This document shows positions 1-8,505 of a DNA stretch of 64,000 bases, one piece after another. The position numbers and the translations under genes were made by a program. Every line of letters starts with the position of its first letter. Positions within the stretch are counted from its first letter, which is position 1. The DNA comes from Egibacteraceae bacterium (GTDB lineage Bacteria; Actinomycetota; Nitriliruptoria; Euzebyales; Egibacteraceae): contig JAUJNX010000001.1 of assembly GCA_030447925.1 (NCBI GenBank), positions 896,973 through 960,972 on the forward strand. The letters are read 5' to 3'. The notes under the pieces are model-generated. The model was given only the letters and a program-made list of their open reading frames with translations, searched no databases and had not been told where the DNA came from.

Positions 1-13
1 AACCGGAGCGCTC

Positions 14-931
14 ATGAGGGTCGCCGCCGTCGACGTCGGCACGAACTCCGTCCGCCTGCTCGTCGCCGAGCCCGGCAGCGGCGGCGCGCCGCTGCGGGCG
101 GTCGAGCGCGAGATGCGCATCACCCGCCTGGGCCAGGGGGTCGACGCCACGGGCCACCTCCACGACGACGCCCTGGCGCGGACCCTGGCGACGCTGGCGG
201 ACTACGCCGAGCGCTGGCGCGCCCTGGGCGCGGAGCGGGTGCGCATCGCCGCGACCAGCGCCGTGCGCGACGCCGCGGACCGCGACCGGTTCTTCGCCGG
301 CGTCCTGGCCCGCACCGGCGCCCCCGCGGAGGTCCTGACCGGCGACGAGGAGGGCACGACCGCCTTCACCGGCGCGACCGCCACCGTCGCCGGCGAGCCG
401 CCCTACGTGGTCCTGGACATCGGCGGCGGCTCGACGGAGCTGATCCGCGGCACCACCGCGGCGGAGGCGATGACGTCGCGCCAGCTCGGCTGCGTGCGCC
501 TGACCGAGCGCGCCCTGCACACCGACCCGCCGACCCCGGCGGAGCTGGACGCGGCCCGGGTCCTGGTGGACGCCGAGCTGGACGCCGTCGCCGAGCTGGT
601 CGACCCGGCGGCGGGGCGGACGCTGGTCGGCGTGGCCGGCACGATCACCACCGTCGCCGCCATCTTCCTGGACCTGCCCGCCTACGAGCCGGACCGCATC
701 CACGGCACCCGCGTCCCCGCCGCCGACGTCGCGGCGATCACCGATCGCCTCTGCCGCCTGACCGCGGCGGAGCGCCGCGCGCTGGGTCCCATGGCCCCCG
801 GCCGCGAGGACGTCATCCACGCGGGCGCGATCATCCTCGACCGCGTCGTCCAGCGCTTCGGCTTCCCCGGCGTGCTGGTGAGCGAGGCCGACATCCTCGA
901 CGGGCTCGCCCTGACCCTGCTGGACGCCTGA
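14..931 (+). CDS. Ppx/GppA family phosphatase (exopolyphosphatase / guanosine pentaphosphate phosphohydrolase)
   Basis: 305 aa ORF; N-terminal 'AAVDVGTNSVRLLVAE' actin-like ATPase fold typical of Ppx/GppA; full-length single ORF. Confidence 0.8.
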   Translation: MRVAAVDVGTNSVRLLVAEPGSGGAPLRAVEREMRITRLGQGVDATGHLHDDALARTLATLADYAERWRALGAERVRIAATSAVRDAADRDRFFAGVLARTGAPAEVLTGDEEGTTAFTGATATVAGEPPYVVLDIGGGSTELIRGTTAAEAMTSRQLGCVRLTERALHTDPPTPAELDAARVLVDAELDAVAELVDPAAGRTLVGVAGTITTVAAIFLDLPAYEPDRIHGTRVPAADVAAITDRLCRLTAAERRALGPMAPGREDVIHAGAIILDRVVQRFGFPGVLVSEADILDGLALTLLDA

Positions 932-939
932 GACGCTCC

Positions 940-1587
940 TCAGTCCGGGCTGCCGTCGTCCTCGGTGACGACGACGGTGCCCTGGACGCGCTGCAGGTCG
1001 GCGACCAGCGCGCGGTAGGGCTCGCGACGGCCGCGCACGACCGCCTGCAGGACGACGCGGTCGCCGAAGGGGTCCAGCCGCACCTCCCGCGCCTGCACCG
1101 GCGCCGCGACGATGGTCGCGTGGACCCGCTGCAGGACCGCGAGGTCGTCGGCGACGACGCGCAGGGACCGCTCCTTGCGGGCGTAGCGGTCCATGAGGCG
1201 GTCGGTGAGCAGGTCGACCGGCCACAGGAACAGCATGGTGACGGCGACCAGCGACGCCGCGAGCTGCACCTCGCCCAGCCCGACGCACAGGCCGACGGCG
1301 GCGACGCCGAACACCGACGCCGCGGTGGTGAGGCCGTAGACCCGGTTGCCGGCCGCGAAGATGACCCCGGCGCCGAGGAAGCCCACGCCGCTCACGACCT
1401 GGGCGGCGATGCGCGTCGCGTCCCCGCTGCCGCCGGAGGCGGCGACCGACACCTGCCCGAGGGCGGCGCAGGCCGTGCCGATCACGACCATGGTGCGCAG
1501 GCCCGCGGCCTTGCCCCGCAGCTCGCGGTCCAGGCCGATGGGCAGCGACAGCAGCGCCGCGATCCCGACGGTGACCAGGGGAGGCAC
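940..1587 (-). CDS. mgtC: MgtC/SapB family membrane protein
   Basis: 215 aa; N-terminal 'GLDRELRGKAAGLRT' MgtC signature, hydrophobic core, C-terminal ACT-like soluble domain; directly downstream of CBS gene on same strand. Confidence 0.75.
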   Translation of the reverse strand: MPPLVTVGIAALLSLPIGLDRELRGKAAGLRTMVVIGTACAALGQVSVAASGGSGDATRIAAQVVSGVGFLGAGVIFAAGNRVYGLTTAASVFGVAAVGLCVGLGEVQLAASLVAVTMLFLWPVDLLTDRLMDRYARKERSLRVVADDLAVLQRVHATIVAAPVQAREVRLDPFGDRVVLQAVVRGRREPYRALVADLQRVQGTVVVTEDDGSPD

Positions 1588-1601
1588 GGGGGCGGGCGCC
1601 G

Positions 1602-2072
1602 TCAGGGGGCGGTGGACAGGCCCCGGACGAGGTCGCCGCGGGTGACGATGCCGACGACGCGGCTGTCGGCGTCCACCACCGGGACCCGCGACACCTCGCG
1701 GTCGACGATGATCGTGGCGACGTCGCCGACGCTGGCGTCCGCGCCGACCGTCGCGACGTCCTCCTCCATGGCGTCGCCCACGGTGCCGCCGAGGGCGGCC
1801 TTGAGCTCCTCCTGGAACCGGTGGCGCTCGCCCGGCAGCGTGAAGTACGCGCCGAGGATCTCGATGGTGGTCGGCCCGTGGAGCCGCGCCTGGGACAGGA
1901 TCAGGTCGGTGTCGTCCAGCAGCCCCACCAGCCGCCCGCCGCCGTCGACCACCGGGGCGCCGCTGATGCCGCGCTCGGCGAGGGCGGCGATCGCCTCCTC
2001 CAGCGTCTGCTCGGGCCGCAGCGTGAGCACGGGGGCGGACATGAGCTCGGTGACGGGACGGTCGGCTGCCAT
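1602..2072 (-). CDS. CBS domain pair protein
   Basis: C-terminal ~157 aa of the 1602..2561 ORF starting at 'MAADRPVTELMSAPVLTL'; two CBS repeats ('ISGAPVVDGGGRLVGLL','VSRVPVVDADSRVVGIVTRGDL'); upstream part of that ORF is Arg/Pro-rich GC artefact. Confidence 0.7.
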   Translation of the reverse strand: MAADRPVTELMSAPVLTLRPEQTLEEAIAALAERGISGAPVVDGGGRLVGLLDDTDLILSQARLHGPTTIEILGAYFTLPGERHRFQEELKAALGGTVGDAMEEDVATVGADASVGDVATIIVDREVSRVPVVDADSRVVGIVTRGDLVRGLSTAP

Positions 2073-2234
2073 GCCGGGCAGCCTAGACCGTGCGCCTCCG
2101 CCCCGGAGCGGGGTGCGGGGGGCCCCGGACCGCCGGGCGCGGAGGACACCCCGCGGCCTGGCAGAATCGACGGTCGGCAACGTTGTGGAGGCCGGGACGC
2201 GTGCGGTCCGGCGCGCCCGGGAGGGGGGCGGGGC

Positions 2235-2546
2235 ATGCTCGTGTGGTTCTCGGTCACGCCGATCGGCACCGGGTCGGCCAGCGTCGCGCGCGAGGTCGCG
2301 CTGGCGCTGCGGGCCGTCGAGGCAACCGGGGTGCACGCCACCACCGACGCCTCCGGCACCCTGCTGGAGGGTGACTGGGAGGCGTGCATGGGCGCGGTCC
2401 GTGCGGCGGGGGAGGCGGTGCTGGAGGTCGCGCCGCGCGCCTCGATCGTCTGCAAGGTCGACCTGCGCGCTGACCTGCCCGACCGGTCCGGCGCCGACAA
2501 GCTGGCCAGCCTGGCCCGCGCGCGCGAGGAGCTGTCGCGTGGCTGA
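2235..2546 (+). CDS. YkoF/MTH1187 (UPF0045, DUF77) family protein, thiamine/HMP-binding-like
   Basis: 103 aa 'MLVWFSVTPIGTGSASVAREVA...GDWEACMGAVRAAGEAV' matches the ~100 aa UPF0045 family pattern; in frame with ORF 1821..2546. Confidence 0.6.
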   Translation: MLVWFSVTPIGTGSASVAREVALALRAVEATGVHATTDASGTLLEGDWEACMGAVRAAGEAVLEVAPRASIVCKVDLRADLPDRSGADKLASLARAREELSRG

Positions 2547-2559
2547 CGTGCGGACCGAC

Positions 2560-3894
2560 ATGTGGGACCGGCTGGCGGCCGCCCTCGACGGCTACGGCGA
2601 GGACTTCCTCGACACGCCCGAGGGCGGGCGGATCGGCGCCGCCCTCGTGCTCCTGCGCGGCGTCGGGGACGGCGACCTGGAGATCGTGTACACCCGCCGC
2701 CGCGCCGACCTGCGCGCGCACCCCGGCCAGATCTCGTTCCCCGGCGGGCGCGTCGAGGAGGGCGAGACCGTGGAGCAGGCGGCCGTGCGCGAGGCCGCGG
2801 AGGAGGTCGCCTGCGACCCGGGCAGCGTCACCGTCCTCGGCCGGTTGCCCGCGTTCTACCTGCCCCCGTCGCGCTTCTGGCTGCAGCCGGTCCTGGCGCG
2901 CTGGGACGCGCCGCACCCGCTGACCGCCGCGGAGGCCGAGGTCGCGGAGGTCCTGCTCATCCGCCGGTCGCTGCTGACCGACCCGGCCAGCTGGCGGGCG
3001 GTGCGCATGTCGACCTCCGGCTGGTCGTGGGCCTGGATGCTGGACGGCGAGCACCTGCTGTGGGGGGCGACGGGCCACGTCACGGCCACGCTGCTGGGGA
3101 TGCTCGACGAGGACTGGTCCGGGGGGGTCGCCCCGCAGGACCTCGGCGAGGACCGGCGCGTCGAGCCGTGGCGGCGGGAGGTCGGCGGCGACGGCCGCGC
3201 CCCCCTCGCCGGGCCCCGGCTGGAGGGGGTCGAGGAGCGTCCCGCGGGCCGCTCCGCCCCGGCCCCGCCCGCCCCGCCGCGCGACCTCGCCACCGCGCGC
3301 GCCGCGGGCGCCGCGGTCGCGGGCGCCGCGGCCGCCGCCGCCGAGGCGGCCGGTGCGACCGGCGCGACCACGGTGCTGATCGGGTCGGGCTGGACCGGCG
3401 CGGTCGGCCTGGCCGCCGCGATCGACCTCGCCGGGGGCGACGCGCGGGTCCAGGTCGTGTTCGGCGGCGAGGACGGCGTCGCCGACCCCGCCCTGGAGCC
3501 CCTGCGCGCGGAGGCCCAGGACCTCGGCATCGGCGTCCGCCCCTTCGGGGGGACGCTGCCGCCGTCCGGCGTGGTCGTGGACGCCCTGGTCGGCCGGGGC
3601 CTGGAGGGCGCGCTGCGCGGCGTGCCGCTGGCGATCGTCCACGCGCTGCGCATGCAGCTCCCGCTGGTCGTCGCCGTCGACCTCCCCAGCGGGCTGGACC
3701 CCGAGGAGGGCCTGGTGGGCGAGCTGCTCCCGGCCGACGTGACCGTCGCGCTGTCGTCGCTGGCCCCCGGCCTGTTCCGCCCCGGACTCGGCCCGTTCGT
3801 CGGGGACCTGTACGTCGCCGCCGACACCCCCGACGGCCCCGCCCTGGTCCGCGTCGTCCCGGCCTCGGGCGACGACGACGGGTGGCGGGAGTAA
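2560..3894 (+). CDS. Fusion protein: NudL-type NUDIX hydrolase (CoA pyrophosphatase-like) + YjeF_N (NAD(P)H-hydrate epimerase-like) domain
   Basis: NUDIX box 'GQISFPGGRVEEGETVEQAAVREAAEEV' preceded by NudL-like 'RRADLRAHPG'; Ala/Pro-rich linker; C-terminal YjeF_N motifs 'VLIGSGWTGAVG' and 'AVDLPSGLDPEEG'. Start ATG 2560 (alt GTG 2548), same frame as ORF 1120..3894 whose upstream part is artefact. Confidence 0.7.
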   Translation: MWDRLAAALDGYGEDFLDTPEGGRIGAALVLLRGVGDGDLEIVYTRRRADLRAHPGQISFPGGRVEEGETVEQAAVREAAEEVACDPGSVTVLGRLPAFYLPPSRFWLQPVLARWDAPHPLTAAEAEVAEVLLIRRSLLTDPASWRAVRMSTSGWSWAWMLDGEHLLWGATGHVTATLLGMLDEDWSGGVAPQDLGEDRRVEPWRREVGGDGRAPLAGPRLEGVEERPAGRSAPAPPAPPRDLATARAAGAAVAGAAAAAAEAAGATGATTVLIGSGWTGAVGLAAAIDLAGGDARVQVVFGGEDGVADPALEPLRAEAQDLGIGVRPFGGTLPPSGVVVDALVGRGLEGALRGVPLAIVHALRMQLPLVVAVDLPSGLDPEEGLVGELLPADVTVALSSLAPGLFRPGLGPFVGDLYVAADTPDGPALVRVVPASGDDDGWRE

Positions 3895-3908
3895 CCTCTC
3901 CCCGGAGC

Positions 3909-3984
3909 GGGGGCGTAGCCCAACCGGCAGAGGCAGTCGGCTTAAACCCGATCCAGTGTGGGTTCGAGCCCCACCGTCCCCACC
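3909..3984 (+). tRNA. tRNA, anticodon UAA (reads UUA/UUG), class I architecture (76 nt, 5-nt variable loop), CCA not encoded
   Basis: Cloverleaf folded by hand: acceptor GGGGGCG/CGTCCCC (one G-U), U8, D-loop with GG, anticodon stem GTCGG/CCGAT, loop CTTAAAC (U33, A37), T-arm GTGGG-TTCGAGC-CCCAC, discriminator A. Confidence 0.7.
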
Positions 3985-3996
3985 GGCCGGCGGCGG

Positions 3997-4446
3997 TCAG
4001 ATCAGGCCGATGCGCATGGCGCAGGCGACCGCGTGGGCGCGGTTGCGGGCCCCCAGGCGGGTGGTGATGCCCCGTACCAGGTACTTGATGGTGCGCTCGG
4101 AGTAGCACAGGGCCCGGGCGATGTCGGCCGTGTCGCTGCCGGCGGCGAGCAGGCGCAGCACCTCGAGGTGACGCTGGTCCAGGCCGGCCGCGCCGGTGCC
4201 GGCCGTGCGGCGCATGCGCCGCCCGATCGCGGCGATGACCTCGGCGGTGGGCTCGTCGACCTTGTCGGCGACGATCACGGCCAGCCCCGCGGCCGCCGGG
4301 TCCTCCACGACGGCGACGCCCGGCTGGAACGCCAGCGACCGCACCGCCTCCGCGTGGGCGGCGGGATCGTTCGCGTGGACGAACACGGTGATGGACTCCG
4401 GCATGCGGCCGCTCCTGGCTGTCCCGATGGCGGAGGGCGCGCTCAT
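3997..4446 (-). CDS. LuxR/NarL-family transcriptional regulator (GerE-type HTH) with short atypical N-terminal domain
   Basis: C-terminal 'LDQRHLEVLRLLAAGSDTADIARALCYSERTIKYLVRGITTRLGARNRAHAV' LuxR HTH; N-terminal ~80 aa too short for a full receiver and lacks the acidic pocket; immediately downstream of histidine kinase. Confidence 0.7.
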   Translation of the reverse strand: MSAPSAIGTARSGRMPESITVFVHANDPAAHAEAVRSLAFQPGVAVVEDPAAAGLAVIVADKVDEPTAEVIAAIGRRMRRTAGTGAAGLDQRHLEVLRLLAAGSDTADIARALCYSERTIKYLVRGITTRLGARNRAHAVACAMRIGLI

Positions 4447-4505
4447 CCCGGTGCCCTCCCCCGCAGGAGGCGCCCGGGGGTCCTCCTGATACCTCGATCG
4501 GGGGA

Positions 4506-5657
4506 TCAGGCGGGCAGGGGCAGGCGGGCGCGGACCGCGAAGCCGCCCTCCGGGCGCGGCCCGGCGGCCAGCGTCCCGCCCAGCAGCAGCGCCCGCTCGC
4601 GCATGCCGTGCAGGCCGTGGCCCTCCACGAACGGTCCGCCGTGGCCGTCGTCGACCACCTCGACGCGCAGCGCGTCGGCGCCGTAGTCCAGCAGGACCGC
4701 CGCGCGGGCGGGCCCGGCGTGCTTCAGCGCGTTGGTCAGCGCCTCCTGCACCAGCCGGTAGCCGGACAGGTCGACCGGCGCCGGCAGGGGGCGGACGTCG
4801 CCGGTCACGGTCAGCTGGACCGGCAGCCCGGCGGCGCGGTAGCGGGCGACCAGGGCGTCGAGCCGGGACAGGCGGTCCGACGGGGCAGCCGGGTCGCCGC
4901 CGTCGTCGCGCAGGACGCCCAGGAGGCGGCGCAGCTCGACGATGCCCTCCCGGCCCACCGCCTGCATCTCGGCGAGCGCCTGCTCGGCGTCGGCGGGGTC
5001 GTCGCGCAGGGTGCGGGCCGCGGTGGAGGACTGGGCGGCGATGATGACCATGCTCTGGGCGATGCCGTCGTGCAGCTCGCGCGCCAGCCGGGCGCGCTCG
5101 TCGGCCAGGATGGCGCGCGCCCGGTCCTCCGCGTCGATGCCCAGCAGGCGGTCGCGCTCGCGCAGGCGCGCCACCTCGACCTCGCGGCTCTGCAGCCAGC
5201 GCCCGAAGGTGAAGGCGACCGAGCAGATGCTGACGTCGACGAGCAGGACCGAGAAGTCATCGATGAGGGTGTACATCGCGATCCTGGTCGCCAGCAGGGC
5301 GGCCATCGCGGCGAGCGCGACGCGCCGCCGGACCTGCAGCGCGACCATGAGGAGCAGGTGGTAGGCGCCCAGCTCGGGCGCCACGACCGCCGTCAGGGTG
5401 CTGACCACGCCTGCGGCGGCGCTGACCGCCAGCGCGGGCAGTGGGGCGGCGCGGCGCCAGGCCACCGGCAGGGTCTCCGCCAGCAGCATCGGCAGGGCCC
5501 AGCGCCACGACGGCTCGGGGACGTCGGCCACCGCGATGGGCCCCAGCGGGGACGGCCAGGCCCAGACGAGCACGGCCGAGGCCGTCGTCAGCAGGGCGAT
5601 GGCCACATCGACCACCCGCACACCGCCCCCGAGGTCGGCCAGCCGGCGGTCCCTCAT
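4506..5657 (-). CDS. Sensor histidine kinase, HisKA_3 (NarX/DesK-like) family
   Basis: 383 aa; N-terminal TM segments; H-box 'ERARLARELHDGIAQSMV'; HATPase_c 'VVDDGHGGP...GHGLHGMRERALLLGG'. Confidence 0.8.
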   Translation of the reverse strand: MRDRRLADLGGGVRVVDVAIALLTTASAVLVWAWPSPLGPIAVADVPEPSWRWALPMLLAETLPVAWRRAAPLPALAVSAAAGVVSTLTAVVAPELGAYHLLLMVALQVRRRVALAAMAALLATRIAMYTLIDDFSVLLVDVSICSVAFTFGRWLQSREVEVARLRERDRLLGIDAEDRARAILADERARLARELHDGIAQSMVIIAAQSSTAARTLRDDPADAEQALAEMQAVGREGIVELRRLLGVLRDDGGDPAAPSDRLSRLDALVARYRAAGLPVQLTVTGDVRPLPAPVDLSGYRLVQEALTNALKHAGPARAAVLLDYGADALRVEVVDDGHGGPFVEGHGLHGMRERALLLGGTLAAGPRPEGGFAVRARLPLPA

Positions 5658-5698
5658 GCGGCGATGCTAGCGGCTGGGTCCCCCGGTCGTGACACCGC

Positions 5699-5736
5699 GG
5701 GGGAGCCCGGGCCGCCGCATTCTGGGGGAGCCCGGG
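5699..5736. repeat. 13-bp direct repeat GGGGGAGCCCGGG x2 (25-bp spacing) upstream of hypothetical gene
   Basis: Exact copies at 5699-5711 and 5724-5736, ~25 bp upstream of GTG start 5759; RBS-like GGGAGGA follows. Confidence 0.3.
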
Positions 5737-5758
5737 TCCCCGTGGCGGGAGGACGGCG

Positions 5759-6055
5759 GTGTACGACGAGTTCGCGCGGCTCTACGGGCCCCCGCAGGGG
5801 ACCTTCGACGCCGACTGGGTGACGCGGCTGCTGCGCCAGCGCCGTCCCGCCCTGCCCGAGCCGCTGGCCCGACGGCTGGTGGCCCACACCTGGCGGCACC
5901 TGTGGGCGTCGCCGCAGCTGTCGCGCGCCGACCTCGCCGGGTACCTCGCCCTGGACGAGCCCGCGGTGCCCGACGCGGACCTCGAGGCCGCGGTGGACGC
6001 GGCCATCGACTTCTGCGACGCCTACGACGTGGAACCGCCCCGCACGGGCGTGTGA
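5759..6055 (+). CDS. hypothetical protein (98 aa)
   Basis: Non-repetitive ORF 'MYDEFARLYGPPQGTFDADWVTRLL...' with GGGAGGA RBS 6 nt upstream of GTG start; no recognisable domain. Confidence 0.4.
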   Translation: MYDEFARLYGPPQGTFDADWVTRLLRQRRPALPEPLARRLVAHTWRHLWASPQLSRADLAGYLALDEPAVPDADLEAAVDAAIDFCDAYDVEPPRTGV

Positions 6056-6059
6056 GCGC

Positions 6060-7013
6060 TCAGCCGGGCGCCGCCGGCCGGGCGCGGCGCGCGTCCAGGG
6101 CCTCCGACCCCTCGCGCAGCAGCGCGCCCAGGCGGCTGGTCGCGCGGCCCAGGACCTTGGCGTAGCCGGTGCGCAGCAGCTCGGGCCCGAACAGCGCGCC
6201 CACGTCGCAGCCGGACAGGCCGACCGCGACCTCGGCGTCGTAGAGGACGTCGATCAGGTAGGCGACGCGCAGCGCGTCGGGCAGGTCGGGCACCGGCCGG
6301 ACCCTCAGCAGGTAGGCCGCGTCGAGGTCCTCGGCCAGCGCGCGGTAGCGCACCGGGTGCAGCGTCCCCAGATGGGCCACCAGGTCGTCCCAGCGGTCCA
6401 GCGTGGCGGTGCCCGCGGCCGCGCCCGCCGCCGCCTCGACCTCGGCGTCGGGCCAGGGAGCGGGCGCCCGGCCGTCGCGGTGGCGGTAGTCCTCGCCCTC
6501 GACGGTGGCCACGTCGAACGACGCGGCCAGGGTCTCGATCTCGCGGCGGAAGCGGTCGGCGTCGAACCGGCCCTCGCCGAGCTGGCCGGGCAGGGTGTTC
6601 GACGTCGCCGCCACCGTCGCCCCCGCCGCGACCAGCTGGCCGAGCAGGTTGGCCACCAGCCGGGTGTTGGCCGGGTCGTCCAGCTCGAACTCGTCGATGC
6701 AGACCAGCCGGACCCCCGACAGCGACTCCACGGCGCGGGGCAGCGACAGCGCGCCGACCAGCGCGACGAGCTCGGCGAAGCTCGCGTAGGCGGCCCGCTC
6801 GCCCGCCCCGTCGACCGCGTGCCACAGCGACGCGAGCAGGTGGGTCTTGCCGACCCCGAAGCCGCCGTCCAGGTACACCGACCGGGGCGGGGGCGCGGCC
6901 CGCCGGAACAGCCCGCGGCGCGGCGCGCGGCCCAGGTCCGCGGCCAGCGCCGCCAGCCGGTCGCGCGCGGCGGCCTGCGACGGGTGGGCGGGCGCGTAGG
7001 TGGCGAAGCGCAC
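6060..7013 (-). CDS. zapE: ZapE/AFG1-family ATPase (cell division protein ZapE)
   Basis: 317 aa; Walker A 'YLDGGFGVGKTHLL', Walker B 'VCIDEFELDD', AFG1-like layout. Confidence 0.75.
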   Translation of the reverse strand: MRFATYAPAHPSQAAARDRLAALAADLGRAPRRGLFRRAAPPPRSVYLDGGFGVGKTHLLASLWHAVDGAGERAAYASFAELVALVGALSLPRAVESLSGVRLVCIDEFELDDPANTRLVANLLGQLVAAGATVAATSNTLPGQLGEGRFDADRFRREIETLAASFDVATVEGEDYRHRDGRAPAPWPDAEVEAAAGAAAGTATLDRWDDLVAHLGTLHPVRYRALAEDLDAAYLLRVRPVPDLPDALRVAYLIDVLYDAEVAVGLSGCDVGALFGPELLRTGYAKVLGRATSRLGALLREGSEALDARRARPAAPG

Positions 7014-7226
7014 CTGCGCGAAGCGGCGCGGGGAGCCAGCGCCGCCACGATCCGCGGGGGCGGGGGATCGGGGCGGCGGTCGACCAGGCGCGGGGGCATC
7101 CCGTCCAGGCTAGGTGCGCACCTCAAACGCCGGGCTCGACCGGCGTGCAGGGCGGAGCCCGCAGGAGTCCGTCAGACACGCTCCAGGTGCGGGTGCAGGC
7201 TGGGTGCGGGCGCGTACCCTCCCCCC

Positions 7227-8445
7227 ATGTCCGCAGACGAAGAGCGCATCGCTCTGTTCCTCGACTACGAGAACCTCGCCATCAGAGCCCGGGAGGACCT
7301 GGGTGGCGTGCGGTTCGACCTCAAGCCCCTCGCGGACGCCCTCGCCGAACGCGGGCGCGTCATCGTGCGCCGCGCGTACGCCGACTGGTCCTACTTCGAC
7401 GAGGACCGCCGGATGCTCACCCAGCAGCACGTGGAGCTCATCGAGATCCCCCAGCGCATGGGCACCGTCCGCAAGAACGCCGCCGACATCAAGATGGCGG
7501 TCGACGCGATCGAGCTGTCCTTCGAGCGCGACTACATCACCACCTTCGTCATCTGCACCGGCGACAGCGACTTCACGCCCGCTGGTCGGCAAGCTGCGCG
7601 AGCTGAACCGCCGCGTCATCGGCGTCGGCCTCCAGGCCTCGACCTCCAAGCTGTTGCCGCCCGCCTGCGACGAGTTCCTGTTCTACGAGCGCCTCGAGGG
7701 CGTGGAGATCGGCGACCGGCGCCGCCAGACCCGCGCGGAGCGCAAGGCGTCGCGCAACGCCGAGGTCGCCGCCGCCGTCGCGGTCCGCCGCGCGGCCGAC
7801 CCCGGCCCCGACGAGCGCGTCGCCGACCCGGCACCCGTGCCGGGGCCGCCGCCGGGCGGCGAGCCGGAGGACGGCTTCGCCACCGACGACGGCTTCGCGC
7901 CCACGCCGGGTTCGAGCCCGACCTGGCGCGGAGCCGCCGCCCGGGCCGGGTGGCAGCGACTCGGTCGCCGACCTCGGCAAGCTCGTCGCCCAGACCCTGT
8001 CGGGCCCTGCAGCGCACGACCGGCGGCGCGGTCCTGGCATCCAGCCTGCAGGCGCGCGATCCTGCGCAAGGACCCGACCTTCAGCGGGCGGACTACGGCT
8101 TCCGCGCGTTCGGCGAGCTGCTGCGCCACCTCGCCGACCGCCACGTCATCGAGCTGAGCCCAGCGGCGCGAAGGGCGACCCGGAGGTCGGGTTCCCGGAG
8201 AAGTCCAGCAACGACGAGGACGACGCCTTCGCGCTGCTGCAGGAGACCGTCCGCGAGCTGCAGGAGCGCTCCGGGCCGCCGCCGCTGTCGGGGCTGAAGA
8301 ACCAGCTGCGCAAGCGCTGGCCCGCGTTCAGCGAGGAGTTCGGCTTCGGTGGGTTCCTGCAGTTCACCAGGCGGCCCAGACGCGCGGCCTGATCGCGATG
8401 CACTGGGACGACGAGGCCGACGACTACGTGCTGGAGGCCCGGTAG
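7227..8445 (+). pseudogene. NYN (LabA-like) ribonuclease domain + OST-HTH/LOTUS domain protein, disrupted by multiple frameshifts (or sequencing errors)
   Basis: Intact NYN N-terminus 'IALFLDYENL...KNAADIKMAVDAIE...FVICTGDSDFTP' to ~7578, where an extra C ('acgcccgctg') shifts frame; continuation 'LVGKLRELNRRVIGVG' and OST-HTH pieces ('DYGFRAFGELLRHLADRHVIEL','ALLQETVRELQERSGPPPLSGLKNQLRKRWPAFSEEFGFGGFLQF','GLIAMHWDDEADDYVLEAR*') lie in three different frames. Confidence 0.6.
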
Positions 8446-8505
8446 GGGATAGCCGTCACCCGCGTCGCCACCGGCTCGGGGACGGGCCCGGACGCCGACG
8501 CCGCG

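Noticed and set aside
2073-2234. Possible TPP riboswitch upstream of the YkoF-like (thiamine-binding family) gene
   Set aside because: The region has GC-rich hairpins, but I could not find the conserved CUGAGA / ACCUGAUCUGGAUAAUGCCAGCG core of the THI element. It is more likely a plain divergent promoter region.
1120-3894. 924-aa ORF and many other long ORFs (e.g. 2254..3642, 2856..3923, 3080..4108, 9872..11263, 20232..21653, 31333..32715, 44328..45755, 47913..49085)
   Set aside because: Arg/Pro/Gly/Ala-rich translations running antisense to or out of frame with genes that have clear conserved motifs. Stop codons are rare at ~74% GC, so long spurious ORFs are expected. Only the in-frame conserved portions were called.
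3909-3984. bldA-like tRNA-Leu(UAA)
   Set aside because: The anticodon matches, but the molecule is 76 nt with a 5-nt variable loop, not the ~87-nt class II structure of genuine tRNA-Leu. It is kept as an anomalous tRNA rather than called tRNA-Leu.
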